Below are positions 16,267-29,000 of a DNA stretch of 64,000 nucleotides, piece by piece; the first letter of the stretch is position 1, and the number at the start of each line of letters is the position of its first letter. The translations under genes were made by a program, and so were the position numbers. Where the stretch lies: positions 39,432,001-39,496,000 of the forward strand of contig CM060731.1 in assembly GCA_030704615.1 (NCBI GenBank), read 5' to 3'. Under the pieces are notes generated by a model. The model was not told the origin of the DNA, made no database searches, and saw only the letters and a program-made list of their open reading frames with translations. Source of the stretch: Takakia lepidozioides (taxonomy: Eukaryota; Plantae; Bryophyta).

Positions 16267-19200
16267 AAGACAACTTTCATATCGAGGGAGTGAAGGCATG
16301 GCACTACAATCCAATGTCTCAGTTTACTGATACACATCACTTAGAAAGTCAAATAAGCACAGAAACATGATAAATAACCAGAGACCTTATCTAGAAAGAA
16401 CTAGCAACCTTGTCGAGAGAAGGCCTGATAATAGAATACAGTCACCCCAGCACTTTTTTAGCAAGCGCAATACTCGTCCGTGACACTACACAGCTCTCAT
16501 GCCTTGTGTCAAACAGCATGATCTCTTGACGCCATTATAGGTTGGAATTTTTCTACATAGTTTCCTGATAGTTGAATGACTCAAATTAGAACCTTCTAAC
16601 TTGATATTTACAGTCCATCCTTAATAAGAAAGAGACTAGCCACACAACAAAATTACCAATCACAAAGCTATGACCATTGGCACGAGGAAAGACCGAGAGA
16701 CCTTATCCAGAATGGTTTCGATGACATCGTCCGACAACTTCATGTCTGACTCTGACAACAGAGCTACCACCATCTGCTTCACCTGCCATTGCCACCACCT
16801 TCTAAGTAACTCTCGGACTGGGTTATGTCCAATGCTTTCAGGCAACTGGTCACTCTCTCATCTTAGAACTCTTGTGATCCCGCAAAATATAACCCAATTT
16901 GTACCGTCTGCTTCCAGCTAGAGGGTTGCAGCAGAGCTGGAATCACCGAAGGGCTATGTCCCCAAAGATACGCTATAGGTGACAGTAAATGAGTGTACTA
17001 TCTTTTCTTCGTCCGATGAATGTGTCTGACTCTTTGTCTGTATGCCTCGGCATTTGGGCAGACGCCCAACGAATCCTTTGGAGACTAGTTAAATTCCACC
17101 TCTATCCCGGCCTCCCCCTCACAATGGGTGGAGTTTCCTTCCAGCATATGCATGCCAAGTTGCCCTTGGCTGAAGAAACAGATGCAAAGGGAACGTGCCC
17201 ACAATCCAATGGACAAAGGGAGTGAAGACTGATACACACCTCTTCACGCTCAATGTAGCCTGTTTGCCGCAAGTCATACAACTGAAATGCAACTGCATCA
17301 ACCACAGATAGAACGCATTTGGCACATCAGCTATGACTCAACCCCTAAACACTTTGGCAGCATCAAACCAGAAGTTATTTAAATCAGTAAAATTGACCAT
17401 GCATTGGATCAAATTTCAAAGTTTTTTGAAGTACCTGGAGTGAGAGATCTAGATGGAATGAATTATACAAAACTTTCCAGCCACAACGTAATAGAAAGAC
17501 AAGAGAGATGAAGAGAGAGAGAGAGAGTTTCCACTCTCACAATCAATTTTGTCTTCAGTGGGTGCATTGGGATGAAACACGCTGAGAGAACGCACAAACT
17601 CTCCAAACTCGATTACCCCATTTCGTTTTACATCAAAGAGATCAAAGACCTGCTCAAACGGATACACTACTCATCTCAAAAGGACATCTCGGCAGTTGTA
17701 AGAAGCTCCCTACGTGAAAACTTCTGAATGAACCTACCTCTCTGTATGAAACAAGCCGGCTACACACATTGATTTCAAGGTATAACGTGATTGGATTCCA
17801 AAGCTGATGAGAAAACCAACGTACTCGAAAAATTGAGAATTTGGATCAAAGACCTCATAAGTACTCTGAACCAGTGGTCCTGCTGTCTTCAATCTTACCT
17901 CTCTATGTGGCATGTGCAAAAAATGGGTCATTAGTAGCTGTCAAGCCAATCAGATAGCAGCATAGAGAGACTTTGGCTCATTAGGGCCCAATAGTTACCC
18001 GATCTGCAAAAAGGTTCTCCCTTTTGCTGTTTTGGAATAGCGCTAGCTGGAACTCCTCCTGCAGAAAGCAAACGACAACCAACTCTAAAAGGGACAGCCT
18101 AGCACCTCTCAAGTATTGTCTGCCCACCAGACTAGATTGAGATGAGGGGAGCTCAATCCAGGAATATATTGTGAACAAAGGAAAAGTCGGTTTCTTCTCG
18201 TACCTCCCAGAGTCTAGATCTAAAGAGTGAGTATATAGGTAGAACTTCACTAGGAGTACAAGTAGGATTCTCAGGATCTGAATAGGATTTCTAAGATAGC
18301 AGGTGAGAGGATAGACCAGCCATCGCAGTGCATTATGAATGATCAAAGGGACATTCACAGCTTTTCCATTGGTAGGTGCTACAACCATAAGGACAGGCTT
18401 TCTATTACTAATACCATCTACATCATTTATGCCTTTCCTATTGACATTAAGAACAGTTCGTACAATGAAATTGGTCGACACAAGTGTGTGCTTGGACACA
18501 ATCTTGCCCATCAGGAGTTAGCACAAGGGGGCTGCATGTTTTGATGTTAGGAAGTAAAGCATGCTAGGAGCAGCAAGCTTCACTTTACTTCGAATAACTG
18601 CAGTATAATGTTAAAAAATGCCAGAGGGGTCAACAATATGGAAGAGCCTGCATTGCTGACCCTTCCTCACTGACCCTTTCCCATCCTTGATCATATTTAA
18701 ATCTCGAGAGAAATTAAACATCTCTATGATTTAGAGAATGTTCAGGGCCAAAGGGAAAGCATAAAGAGGAAAGCAACAGAGAGGGGAGAGAAACCTTGTG
18801 AATGAGACCATCGTCAATGACGGAGCTACTGATCTTCTTGAAAAGCTCATAGAGTGCCTCCACCTCACTTACACTGACTGCCCACCAGCCCAATCAAGCT
18901 GGTAGGATTATATCTCTGGTGTGAAATACTTACAACAGTTGCCTGTAGACGCACACCAAAGACACTAGATGTGGTATAAACACCCACTAGTAATAATTGA
19001 CCATGGACAACAGGCATGGTGTTTCTGTGCAGCAGTGGAAACTGCCTTTGTACACTGCTTCCCTAATTTTCAAAGAAACAATTGCTTTTGGCTACATTTC
19101 CACACTATCCCTGTAGATAGTTTCCTTGGCAAGGGCTTTGAAAGAATTAATGGGTCAGAAGAAGTGTGACGGGTTGATCAGTGACACCACAGTTCTGAAA

Positions 19201-19360
19201 CTGGGCATAAAGACGAGATAGAGACAACAAGAAGAATGACAAGGCACACCTCATCTTGTACAAGTAAAAAAAGAGACTTACAGGCTGTCTCTCCAGCAAG
19301 AACTGCAGGTTCTTCATAACCAGGGGGGTGCTTTCTCTGCTTGGAATGAAAACACCCCAT
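12746..19360 (-). CDS. CBL: Calcineurin B-like calcium sensor with a CBL1/9-type N-terminus. Exons: 19360-19282, 18877-18795, 18058-17999, 17649-17541, 17292-17240, 16782-16702, about 13289-13154, 12809-12746
   Basis: MGCFHSK myristoylation/palmitoylation motif; [30 protein letters not shown]; [17 protein letters not shown]; [14 protein letters not shown]; [10 protein letters not shown]; C-terminal [11 protein letters not shown]. Exon sizes 83/60/109/53/81 fit the usual CBL structure. The exon 7 acceptor is out of frame (see findings). Confidence 0.93.
13700..16212 (-). mobile_element. Head-to-tail stack of four 5'-truncated LINE 3' ends (about 16212-15078, 15077-14016, 14015-13801, 13770-13700) in CBL intron 6
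   Basis: Two near-identical ~1.05-1.1 kb units encode a post-RT region and zinc knuckle (CPLC..EDxxHFLxxCP) ending [10 protein letters not shown]. The units end in a short (TC)n tail. Confidence 0.9.
16214..16263. repeat. (GA)n microsatellite
   Basis: About 25 GA units directly abutting the 5' end of the LINE stack. Confidence 0.95.
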
Positions 19361-21378
19361 GAGAAGGACTATCGTGTAATCCAACACCACCAGCAGTGGC
19401 AGAAGGATTGACACCAGCACCTCCTCGACAGTCGCCACTGTAGAAGCTGCGTCAAGATCTTCAAGTGGTTCAGACTTGAAACAAGCACAGATGAAGGCAG
19501 GAGGAAAAAAAGACACGGTCCCTTCTACAAATTGTTCCCTGTTAATGATGAATTCCCTTGGGAACAGTCCTGTGCACTACTAACCCAGCAGGAGTCGATT
19601 TCAGTCATTTATCTGCCAGCATATCACACTCCAATTGCTATAAATGGAAAATTACAAGATTGCTATGATGTGACAGCAGAGGCCAGAGATTGATACAAAG
19701 CAGGTCCGTTGTCAAAACCTAAGAGGAAGTTGAGATCCTCTTGAGAAAAAAATCCTCAAAATAGGACATTGAAATACTTCAAAAAAATTGACATCCTTTG
19801 GCCCTCGAAATCCTCCTCTAACCAGAACCATATCTCATCGGCTTCCAACAACCATACACAAGACAAGGAGCACAGATACTGAAAGGTTGTCCGAGGCAGA
19901 TGACTAGCTCAAAGGCAGACCTGGACATAAAAAGGCAGTGGTACTGTGATCAAGGACAAAGTTTCAGCTGGTTAACAAACCTGCTAGAACCAATGCTTTT
20001 TGCAGGCATAGAAGGTCCCTCTGTGATTACTGAGCATGGTCACAAAGTCGTGGGGTCTACACAACAAAACACTTGTTTTCATTCAATTTTCTGGAAATGA
20101 GCTAAGCATTACTCAAAGTGGACACAATCAGGATTCTGATCAAGAGAGGGAGCCAAGGAGGGCGTTAGGGAACAGCATAAAATTTCGAAATTCCCTCTTT
20201 CAAAGAGCCAAAGAGGCTTTAAAGCTCTATTCTGGCGTCGTCTCTGCCACCACTCTGTTCCACATAAGCACCCAGAAAGAATGCGGCAAACCTCAAGAGG
20301 ATAAGGCACTCGCCACGCAATAGCATCTGCCCGCCTCTCGTCACTGGGAGGGAGCCTGCTGTCGCCACAAGCCTTAGGGGCAAAAGTAACGTCACCTTCG
20401 CCTTGCAACTCTGTCCTGTTTGGATGCTGGCTACAGCCGATAAGCTGAAGCAAAATCCTTTGTTCGTAACAAGCTTTCCAACAACACCTAGGGCGGCAGC
20501 GACCGGTAAAAGCATCCGTTCGATATCAATTTCGCAGTCTGCAACTCTGTTCTACTAGGTTGCTGCCACAGGCTATAAGCTGAAGCAAAAAGCTAGAATT
20601 CTAACGAGCTTTCCAGCAGCACCTAGGGTTTCAGCGGGGAGGGTACATGGACAATTGCATAACATTCATATTCCCCAACGTGGCCCTCGAGATGCTTCAT
20701 CCAATATTTCTAACCGATTTCCCCGAAGCGCGACGGAATCTAACAGCTCTCACATCAACGCTCCAATATAAACTGCTAGCAGCCTAAGAAATCTGAACCA
20801 CTCCATCAGCTGCTTCCACCGTAAAAATCTGCAATAGCTCTGAAAGAAAAATGGCTTTGGATTTTTTTTAACCAACTCTTGCACACACTATACGATGAAT
20901 TGCTTCAAGCCTAAGCAACCTATACCGATCATTCGGGCACGTCAAACTCCATTCTCCCGAAAGTGATTGCAAACCTTCAATTGTAGCAGTGAACGTTGTG
21001 GCTCTTCTTGGCTCGCGTGTGGCGGCATGCTCGGTTGGATCAGCTGATCTGCTTCGGACATGACGGATCCAGCAGCGCGATGGTGGTGGCCCCGCACCAT
21101 CTCATCTCTGCCAACATCCAAAACCTCTCGGGGATTGAGCTCCTGCTGTCTTCTGCTGCTGCTAACTCCGATTGACCCCTGGTTAGCCTCATTTGCCAAG
21201 TGAGCTGCCACATGGCACAGACTGCGATTAGTTGAATTTGTTTTCCTTCTTTCTTTTATTTTATTTTTTTCCAGAAAAGAGGAGGTAGCCCTTTTAGACC
21301 TTTATTGAATTATTGAGGGAAAAAAGTAAAACCCTGAGGCCCCGGGCGAAGGCAACCATAAGGTATGGATGTATGGAC

Positions 21379-22652
21379 CAGTGTTGTGCGGGTAAATAGA
21401 TTTTTGCTTATCCTCCGGGTAAGGGTAAATAGAAATCAGAGGATTATTTATCCTCCGGGTAAGGGTAAATTATTTTATATGTCCCTTTATTTATCCTCCG
21501 GGTAAGGGTAAATTATTTATATGTCCATTTATTTATCCTACGGGTAAAGGGTAAAGGCCAATATTTTTGACCAAGTAAGGATAAATACCGGGTAAGGATA
21601 AGTGATTTACCCTTTATATACCCACGGGTAAATAAAGGATATACAGAAGGATATGTAAATTTTAGGTTTGTTATGCTCAACTCAAAAAATATAACTAATT
21701 AAATTAAGGCAATCAATTTTTGTTCTATTTTTTGGTTTAGTATGAGGCTGATTGTATTATATGCTGTATAATATGTGGGACGGTCGTGAGAGTGTTTCTT
21801 CACACCAAAGGTAATAATCAAACAAAGCCAAATAAGATCATTTTCCCAAGGGCATAAAGCCATTTTGGTTTATTGTAGGGAAAAAATTAAACCCTATAAT
21901 ACCATAGGTAAAAGACACATCCATTGGATGAGGGACGAGCCCAGTCCGATTACTAGAAAGACAGCTATATGAAATAGCGAGAGCCTAGAACTAGAATAAC
22001 CCGAGATTGCCGGGAAAGGGCAGATGGGCGACCGTTACAGTCGAAGCCCATACCCTACAATGATGATAAATTATGAATGCTGGAAATCGTATGCATGCAG
22101 AACGAAAATGACCCTTGTATGTACCGTCAGCCTACCCCCATGCCCCTGCTTGCGAGAAGCCAAAACAGCCGGAGAGAGAGGCGGAGCAGGGCGGTTGAAT
22201 TACTTGTCGAATCTGAGCTTGATGGAGCTCTTTCCTGGCGATGCTTACAATTAATATCTCAATCGAATTCAGTCATGGAATTTGAAGTGCGCTCCTCCCA
22301 ACATCTTTATAACTACCTCCACAAAGTTCCGTTTTCGATTCCAAATGCTAATTTGTTTTTTAACAAAAAATGCTAATCACACCATACGGCCCTCCAGCTC
22401 CCAAGAAAGGCTATAGTTTGTCATTTATCCTTTTTTATTTACCCTCCAAAAAACAAATTACCCGCGGTTAAAGGGTATATGGATTGTATTTACCCTTCAG
22501 ACTAGTAAGGGTAAGGGTATCTCAGATTATTTACCCATCTGAAGGGTAAGGGTAAGGGTAAAGAAAATGGGCCAACCCGGGTAAATCATTTATCCTTACC
22601 CTGATTTATCCGCCGGATAAATCCGGGTAATTGATTTACCCGCGCAACACTG
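21379..22652. mobile_element. Non-autonomous hAT element (1274 bp)
   Basis: TIRs CAGTGTTGTGCGGGTAAAT / ATTTACCCGCGCAACACTG; perfect 8-bp TSD GTATGGAC (21371-21378 and 22653-22660); many subterminal GGGTAA repeats. Confidence 0.93.
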
Positions 22653-22729
22653 GTATGGACTCGCGATAAACGTTAAAAGCAGGTGTGGCGTATTCTGGGA
22701 GCACTGCCCTGCGAGGCAATACGCCCTGA

Positions 22730-23791
22730 GGAGGAGGGAAATGGGTTGGGTTGGCATGCTCTGCCAGATGCTATAGAACTGAAGAATTAGAGGCCATATG
22801 GGAGCCTGGCAGTGCAAGAGACAGTGCTCCATTGTTTCAATCGTGTTGATTGTACAGCATGTGCACAGAATGGTATCTTGAAAATTCAGAAACTGACCCA
22901 CTTTCAGCACCCTATTAGCAATCTGCCATAGAAAGGTACTAGTTTTGGCTGGCTTGCATTTTTCACAAACAACCGCCCAAATGCTTTTCCAGTTCTCCTC
23001 GTGGAAGCCCCAGTGACCCCATTTATCATTCCACTTTTTCATAAGTGGGGAGGCATCCATCATAGCTCTATAAGCCTTCTTTGCCGAGTAAGCAAAGAAG
23101 GGGACTGGCCTGTCTCCAAATTTCCAGCTCCCGTCTTTGGGGTCAAACTGCAGAGAGAGGATGTTTCCTGCAGAAAGTGCCATGTCGAAGCCAGGGTAGA
23201 ATGGGTTTCAAAGGCGGTGCCGTGGGATTGAGGCATTTTGATTTGGCCGACCTGTGACAAGGTCGAACTGGCTTTGCTGCAAATGTTGGAAAAGAAATTT
23301 TGTGGACTGAGAGAAGGGAGAGGGCCCCTGAAACAATGTATTCCTGGAAACCAAACCCAGAAACCAAGGAGTTGATTGAGTCCGTAGTGTAGACTATCAG
23401 AGAGGAAGGATAAGATGTGTGAACCCATTGATGTGCGGCTACGTAGTCAGGCCCGTCTTTGAGTAGTGACCTCCAAGGGTTTGGGATAGTTTGAAGGATG
23501 AGAGGCAGCCTTGAGATGAGCCTACGGCGCAGACCAAGGTCAGCAAGAAGGGATGCAGGGTAGATGAACCAGAGATGCTTGACTTGTGAATACCCACACA
23601 GTTCCCATGCCGCCCATCTCCGTGCTTGTGACCTTTCAAAATCTGTGGGGTTGTTGAATTGAGGAAGATGTGCTGACGCAAGGTCTCGTGGAAATTGGTT
23701 GGTTCTTGTTTGCAAAGGAATGGGCAAATGCTTTTCCAGGCCTTCCAAATTGAGTTCCATAGGGGAGAGCCCCCAGATTTGTGATGAAAGT
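22730..23791 (-). mobile_element. L1-type LINE ORF2, 3' part (zf-RVT region); continues the fragment at 33100-33556
   Basis: SPLWNSIWKAW...KTSTFLWQIANRVLKVG...CTCC...ETMEHCLLHC, frameshifted. Confidence 0.85.
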
Positions 23792-23878
23792 TGTCGTGCA
23801 CCTAAGCATCGTGCCACAACATACATCGCTGTCCAACCACACTTCCTAGCATATAGTCCTAGAAAGCCACACCACAAT
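23792..23878 (-). repeat. Retroelement terminal repeat B2 (87 bp; 3' terminus ...CACGACA)
   Basis: Matches 24228-24314 with one mismatch. Followed by the TSD ACTT and L1 sequence. Confidence 0.92.
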
Positions 23879-24225
23879 GATACAGAAATGGTGAAAAGAG
23901 GAGAAACCACTCTATCACGTTATATAAGTCAAGCCAATGGCACCTTTGCTAAAGAACTCCATCATACAGACCTCACCCACTCTCCATCTCAAGTACTAGA
24001 GCTATGGCGGCGAAAGAGGCCTCGGGAGGCTCGACTAAAAGAAGACGAGCCTGCCTACGTCTCACGTGGAGATAACCTCCTCACGTCCCAAGTGAGGTTC
24101 ACCACCTCACTTGGCACATGGAACCAAATGAAGTCCCAATGCCAACAAAATACAAATATAAATGTATAATGTCCTAATTAGCTAGAAATAACTATTTCTA
24201 ACTAATCACAAACAAACCCATGACA
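23878..24225 (-). repeat. Retroelement repeat A2 (348 bp)
   Basis: Reverse complement of 33557-33904 with a few substitutions; TGTCA...TATCA. Confidence 0.93.
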
Positions 24226-24227
24226 GC

Positions 24228-24314
24228 TGTCGTGCACCTAAGCATCGTGCCACAACATACATCGCTGTCCAACCACACTTCCTAGCATATAATCCTAGAA
24301 AGCCACACCACAAT
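24228..24314 (-). repeat. Retroelement repeat B1, preceded by a short PPT-like tract (AGGGGGGCG, 24323-24315)
   Basis: Direct repeat of B2, joined to A2 through GACA-GC-TGTC. Confidence 0.9.
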
Positions 24315-24569
24315 CGCCCCCCTAGCTGGTGATTAGGTCCCTCTAACACCGGATAGCTTGCAAATATCCACCCCAATAAGATCATCGTTTGGTCTTCAAT
24401 CGTACAAGTCCCAACACCTGAAGTCGATAGATCAAGAGGTCGGGTGTAAACGTAGCCCCATCGTTAGTCGCCTTCATGCAATCCATGATCTTCAGTTGAG
24501 TATCAATGGCATTGAAGCCCCACTAGCTAGACCTTGGATCACTTGTCCGCCTCACCATTGTCATGCCCA

Positions 24570-24944
24570 CTACCTCTGTTTAAGGCATCGTGGACACAAC
24601 CATTCTCCGATAGGAACCTCCTCAAGTGGTGGTGTCAAGCATCCCATGTGCCACCCCCTTAAGCATTTGTCACATACCAACATGGTTGTGGCGTTACCAG
24701 CATGCCCACATAGCATGCAACGCAACCCTGCAGGTACCACTGCAAGGTTGGGATCTATCCTCCCATCCACATGTGGAAGGTGACATGACGCACAATTGCG
24801 CTCATGGTCCTTCCATACCATGCCATCTCGACCCTCCAGAATCAACACTCCTGAAGGCAACACCTCCCTGACCCTTAGAATCACACGTCCTGCTGTGACA
24901 TCCAAGGTCGTAGGTGCTGTCTGCTGCAGATACACATAGTTCTC
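24570..24944 (-). pseudogene. Gypsy integrase C-terminal (SH3-like) tail plus PHD finger
   Basis: YVYLQQTAPTTLDVTAGRVILRVREVLPSGVLILEGRDG..NCASCHLP, then a C4HC3 PHD CMLC...MLVCDKCLRGWHMGCLTPPLEEVPIGEWLCPRC. Truncated upstream by the rearrangement. Confidence 0.85.
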
Positions 24945-24948
24945 AGTT

Positions 24949-25027
24949 CCTATGAAGTGGTTGATGGAGTCAGACAAGCTTACAGGGAAGCTTGCACGGT
25001 GGGCACTTATTCTTCAAGAGTATGACT
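24949..25027 (+). pseudogene. Displaced Ty3/gypsy RNase H C-terminal fragment at the inversion junction
   Basis: The + strand reads PMKWLMESDKLTGKLARWALILQEYD. Confidence 0.85.
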
Positions 25028-25159
25028 AAACTAACTATATTATAACTAACCCTAAACTAAACTATGTAACCCTTAAAACCCTAAGAGCCAAAGACCCAAA
25101 AATCCAAATGATCCTTGCAAAACCCCATAACCCAAAAAACCAAAATAAAAAAAATAAAA

Positions 25160-25762
25160 ATGAGATGCCTCTTCAACTCACATTTGCGCCAGATCTGCGA
25201 CGTCCGTGCGACCCCTGTGCAATGTCCCTGCGACTGCCGTGATCTTGTGCCTTGTCCAGTTCCGATTCCCGAGGATGAGCCCTTTCTTTTTTGGGGTCGC
25301 ATGTATTGCGTGATGGAGCCAATGGACCCTAGTATGGGTCGTGGACTTTTTTTTATGGAGGATGTAGTTTTGGGGGGAGGAGAGGATTCTGTGGATTTGT
25401 TCCCCTATTTTGGGCCGAGGTACACCCATCGGGAGTGGCAATTATTGCAGATACACGGCCTTGGGTCCTTGATCCATCCTTACATCCTTGTTGTGAACGA
25501 CAATGATGTAAGGGCGAGAAATTTGGGCCTCAAAGCCCATATTTATTGTGACGGAAACCCCGATGTGTACGGCAACGTGGCTGGGCTCATCAACAGTTCA
25601 GTTACCTTACCGCTGGGCCACACCGCCAACATGTTTTGGGATGAGCGCCATGACGGGGATAGTAGATTGGACCCTAACATCACCACTTTTGTGATGACAT
25701 GTGCAAGGAGGACTATTAGGGCTGGAGAGGAGTTGTTTGCAGAGTATGACTTTAGGCGTTAG
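25160..25762 (+). CDS. Stand-alone SET-domain protein (putative lysine methyltransferase), 200 aa, carried by the CACTA element
   Basis: Uninterrupted ORF with a Cys-rich lead-in (CPCDC), MGRGLF, PYFGP, IYCDG..GNVAGLINSS, and ARRTIRAGEELFAEYD. Confidence 0.85.
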   Translation: MRCLFNSHLRQICDVRATPVQCPCDCRDLVPCPVPIPEDEPFLFWGRMYCVMEPMDPSMGRGLFFMEDVVLGGGEDSVDLFPYFGPRYTHREWQLLQIHGLGSLIHPYILVVNDNDVRARNLGLKAHIYCDGNPDVYGNVAGLINSSVTLPLGHTANMFWDERHDGDSRLDPNITTFVMTCARRTIRAGEELFAEYDFRR

Positions 25763-26068
25763 CCGACTTTCATCATGTGTAGATGGACGTATGAAGACAT
25801 TGAGGTGGCTTCCTCCACCGTGTATATATATACATAGGCATTGATGTGTATTTGGATGCAGTTTTTTCATGCTATATTCAAGGGAGTTTGGGTGGGCGTT
25901 ATATGTGAATTTGGGTATTTTGAATTATATAGTGTCTCCTTCATGTGGTGAAGCAATGTATGTATTCCCCTCGTGTGTATAATGTATACTTTGGGTTTTA
26001 TCTTGTATGATAATGAACAACGCCATGTATGGAAACTGATAATGACATGGTTGTTTTTGGCATCTTAG

Positions 26069-29000
26069 GATGTAGGCCACAACCCCACGACGTTAATTCA
26101 TGAAGTTCATGATCTTGTCATGAACTGGGATTTTGTTCCTTCGGAGGGGGGTGCGTATCAAAGGGACCCGACCCCGTCTGAAATGACGGTCTCCGATGAT
26201 AAGGACAACAATGACAATGGAATTATGCATGAGGATGTGGCAGCAATGGAGGACCTCTTAATGCATCAGATGGTAGATGAGGACACAGACTCTTTGAATG
26301 ACATGAAAAAAGAAGCCAAAACTCCCTTATACGAAGGGGCCCACGTGAGTAGACTTTCAACCATCTTGTTGTTGCTGAATTTGCAAATCCGGTTTGGCAT
26401 AAGCAATGTGGGTATGTCTGCCATAATGCGGACTATTGCGGACTACATCCTTGCCCCACATTTGAAGCCGAGAATGCCACGATCAAGAAAAGAGGCAAGA
26501 GCAGCCTTGGATGCTGTGGGGATGGGCTATAAGATTTTCATGCATGTCTATGTGATAAAACCCTGTACTACGGAGAGGATGCGAAACTCACCAAGTGTCC
26601 AAAGTGCAACAAAGACCGATATCGGGATGATGTTCAAGGGAAGAAAGCCCCGCGCAAGGTATACCCGCGCCACAATACACTTATATATTGCATTCTACCT
26701 TTTTGCAACCGCTACAAGACGTAAGGTTTTACTTAGAGATATGAATGACACTGATTATGATATGGGGCCAACATGGAGATGGTGCCAGAAAATGCACTAT
26801 TTTCCAATCATCTCGCGACTGCAGGCACACTACCGAAGCCCCTCATTAGCAGAACTGATGAGATGGCACGCCTCGCATCGGACCCCCCCGGGAAAGGTGT
26901 GCGGGCCACAATATTCACAAGCATGGAGGCATACTGAAGAGATGTGGCCTTTTCTCTTAGAGGACCCACGACATGTCCGCCTCAGCTTCTCCTCGGATGG
27001 GGTCAACCCATTCTCTGTCCAGTCATGTAGTCATTCCACTTGGCCGGTGACCATGATGAATTACAACATCCCTCCGTATCTTTCAATAAAAAAATGCCAT
27101 ATCATGTTGGCTGCCATTGTACCGGGTGAGTGTTTCCATTTCATGCTTATTATTACTTTGGATTTTACATTAATCTTCTTCTCTTTGGCGCAATTCCGAT
27201 GGAAGATTGATGAGTGACGTAATCATGTAGTAAGATGTGTCATTCATTATGAAGTATAATTAGCATGGTGGAGCATTGAAACAATTAATGGTGTGAATGT
27301 CTCATAGGGAAAAAAAACAAGTGAAAGACATGGACACGTACTTGCGACCTCTAGTTGATGAAGTGAAGGAGTTATGGAGGGGGGTCCCGACATTGGATGC
27401 TTCACTTGACCCTATGGCCGGACAATCTTTTCAGATGAGAGGCATCTTGCTTTGGACAATGCATGATTATCCAGGTATATTATGTTCCCCATGAGAAACC
27501 CGTGTACATTTACCTATCAAGGGATATTGAAGAGGATTGGGATTGATTGAAGTAGCAGCGACAGTCTTCTGCATCGTAGTGGGGTAAGATGCACATGGAA
27601 ACTTTTTGTCTTTCCTAATGTGGCGGAATGTCTACAAGACTTACTGTTTGCTCGGGGTTGAGCACTAAAGGGTACCACGCATGCCTGCATTGTGGCGATG
27701 AAGAGACAAACACTTGTTTGATGGCAAAGTGGAGTTACGTCCCCACTTGTGACACCATCCAGGCACTTTTGGGAAGACCGGTGGAAGGAGGCCCATCCGG
27801 AGGGGTCCGGTGAAGTGGAGGTGCCCGGCATGAAGCGGCTTTCAATCTTCTACGAGTTGCCATATTGGGCGGTACATATTCCACAAAAACACCATCAATA
27901 TTGCTATGCATGCATGTGATATTGCATGTTTTGTATGATTTCCATTGTCACTTTCACGACAAAATAGACGTGTAAGAATTTGTGGGTGGGGATATGTGTA
28001 GGACCTGGAGATTCGTCATCTTCTAGATCCCATGCATATTGAGAAGAATGTTTGCTCGTCCTTTTTTCGTGTTCTTCATGGCACGCCGGCAAAGAAGGGA
28101 GTGGCTGCGAAAGGAGATTCTCTCGGTGTTAGAAAGGAACTTGAGGAGCATGATCGCATGCCCCATCTATGGGATGGTGTGGACCCAAAGGGTGTTGTAC
28201 GGTGGAAGTATAGGCGTGCACCTTGGCAATGGACAAAGGAGGAATACAAGAAAGTGATAGCCACCATAGGAGCTGTCCGAACACCAACTGGTTATGGGTC
28301 ATCCCTCCGTATGAAGTTCAACGAAGATGGGGTCCATGGTTTGAAGTCTCATGACTACTACAATCTATTGCAAGATATCTTGCCCATTGCAGTACGTGAG
28401 ACATTGACTCTCGAGGTTCGCGAGACAGTTTATAGATTGGGAGCATTGTTCCGGTGGATTTGCTCCAAAGAGCTGGAGGAAGCGGACTTTCCACGCATGA
28501 AGAAGGAGGCGGTGGTTGTCATGTGTATGTTGGAGATGCACCTTCATCCCTCCTTCTTTGACATCCAAGTGCACTTGGTAGTGCACTTAGTGGAAGAGGC
28601 TTCGATTGCCGGCCCCGTTCATTCTCGGTGGATGTACTACCTTGAGCGATACATGAAGACTTTGAAAGCACATGTAAGACAAATGGCACACCCGGAGGGT
28701 AGCATGGCGGAGGGGTATACATTGCAAGAGGCTATGTTCTACTGCATGGAATACTTGGCAAGGGTGGATAAGGAAGCCCCTCCGATGTGGAAGGAAGATG
28801 AGGATGTACAAACCAATGACATCGTTTTGACCAAAAATTCAAAGAGGGTAAAATTACCCATCATGGTGATTAACCAAGCGCATGAGTTCATACTAAAGAA
28901 CACCCCATCCATACATGAGTGGGAGACAAGATATAATAACCTTGTTCAGCAACGACAGGAGGAGATGGTTGCGTGGAGGCGGAACCATGCAAGGGCGACT

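Noticed and set aside
24570-24977. Natural antisense PHD ORF within the retroelement
   Set aside because: The opposite strand is explained by the inversion; the adjacent A2/B repeats and the L1 target are flipped as well.
25028-25090. Interstitial telomere repeat
   Set aside because: Only scattered AACCCTA motifs, not a tandem array.
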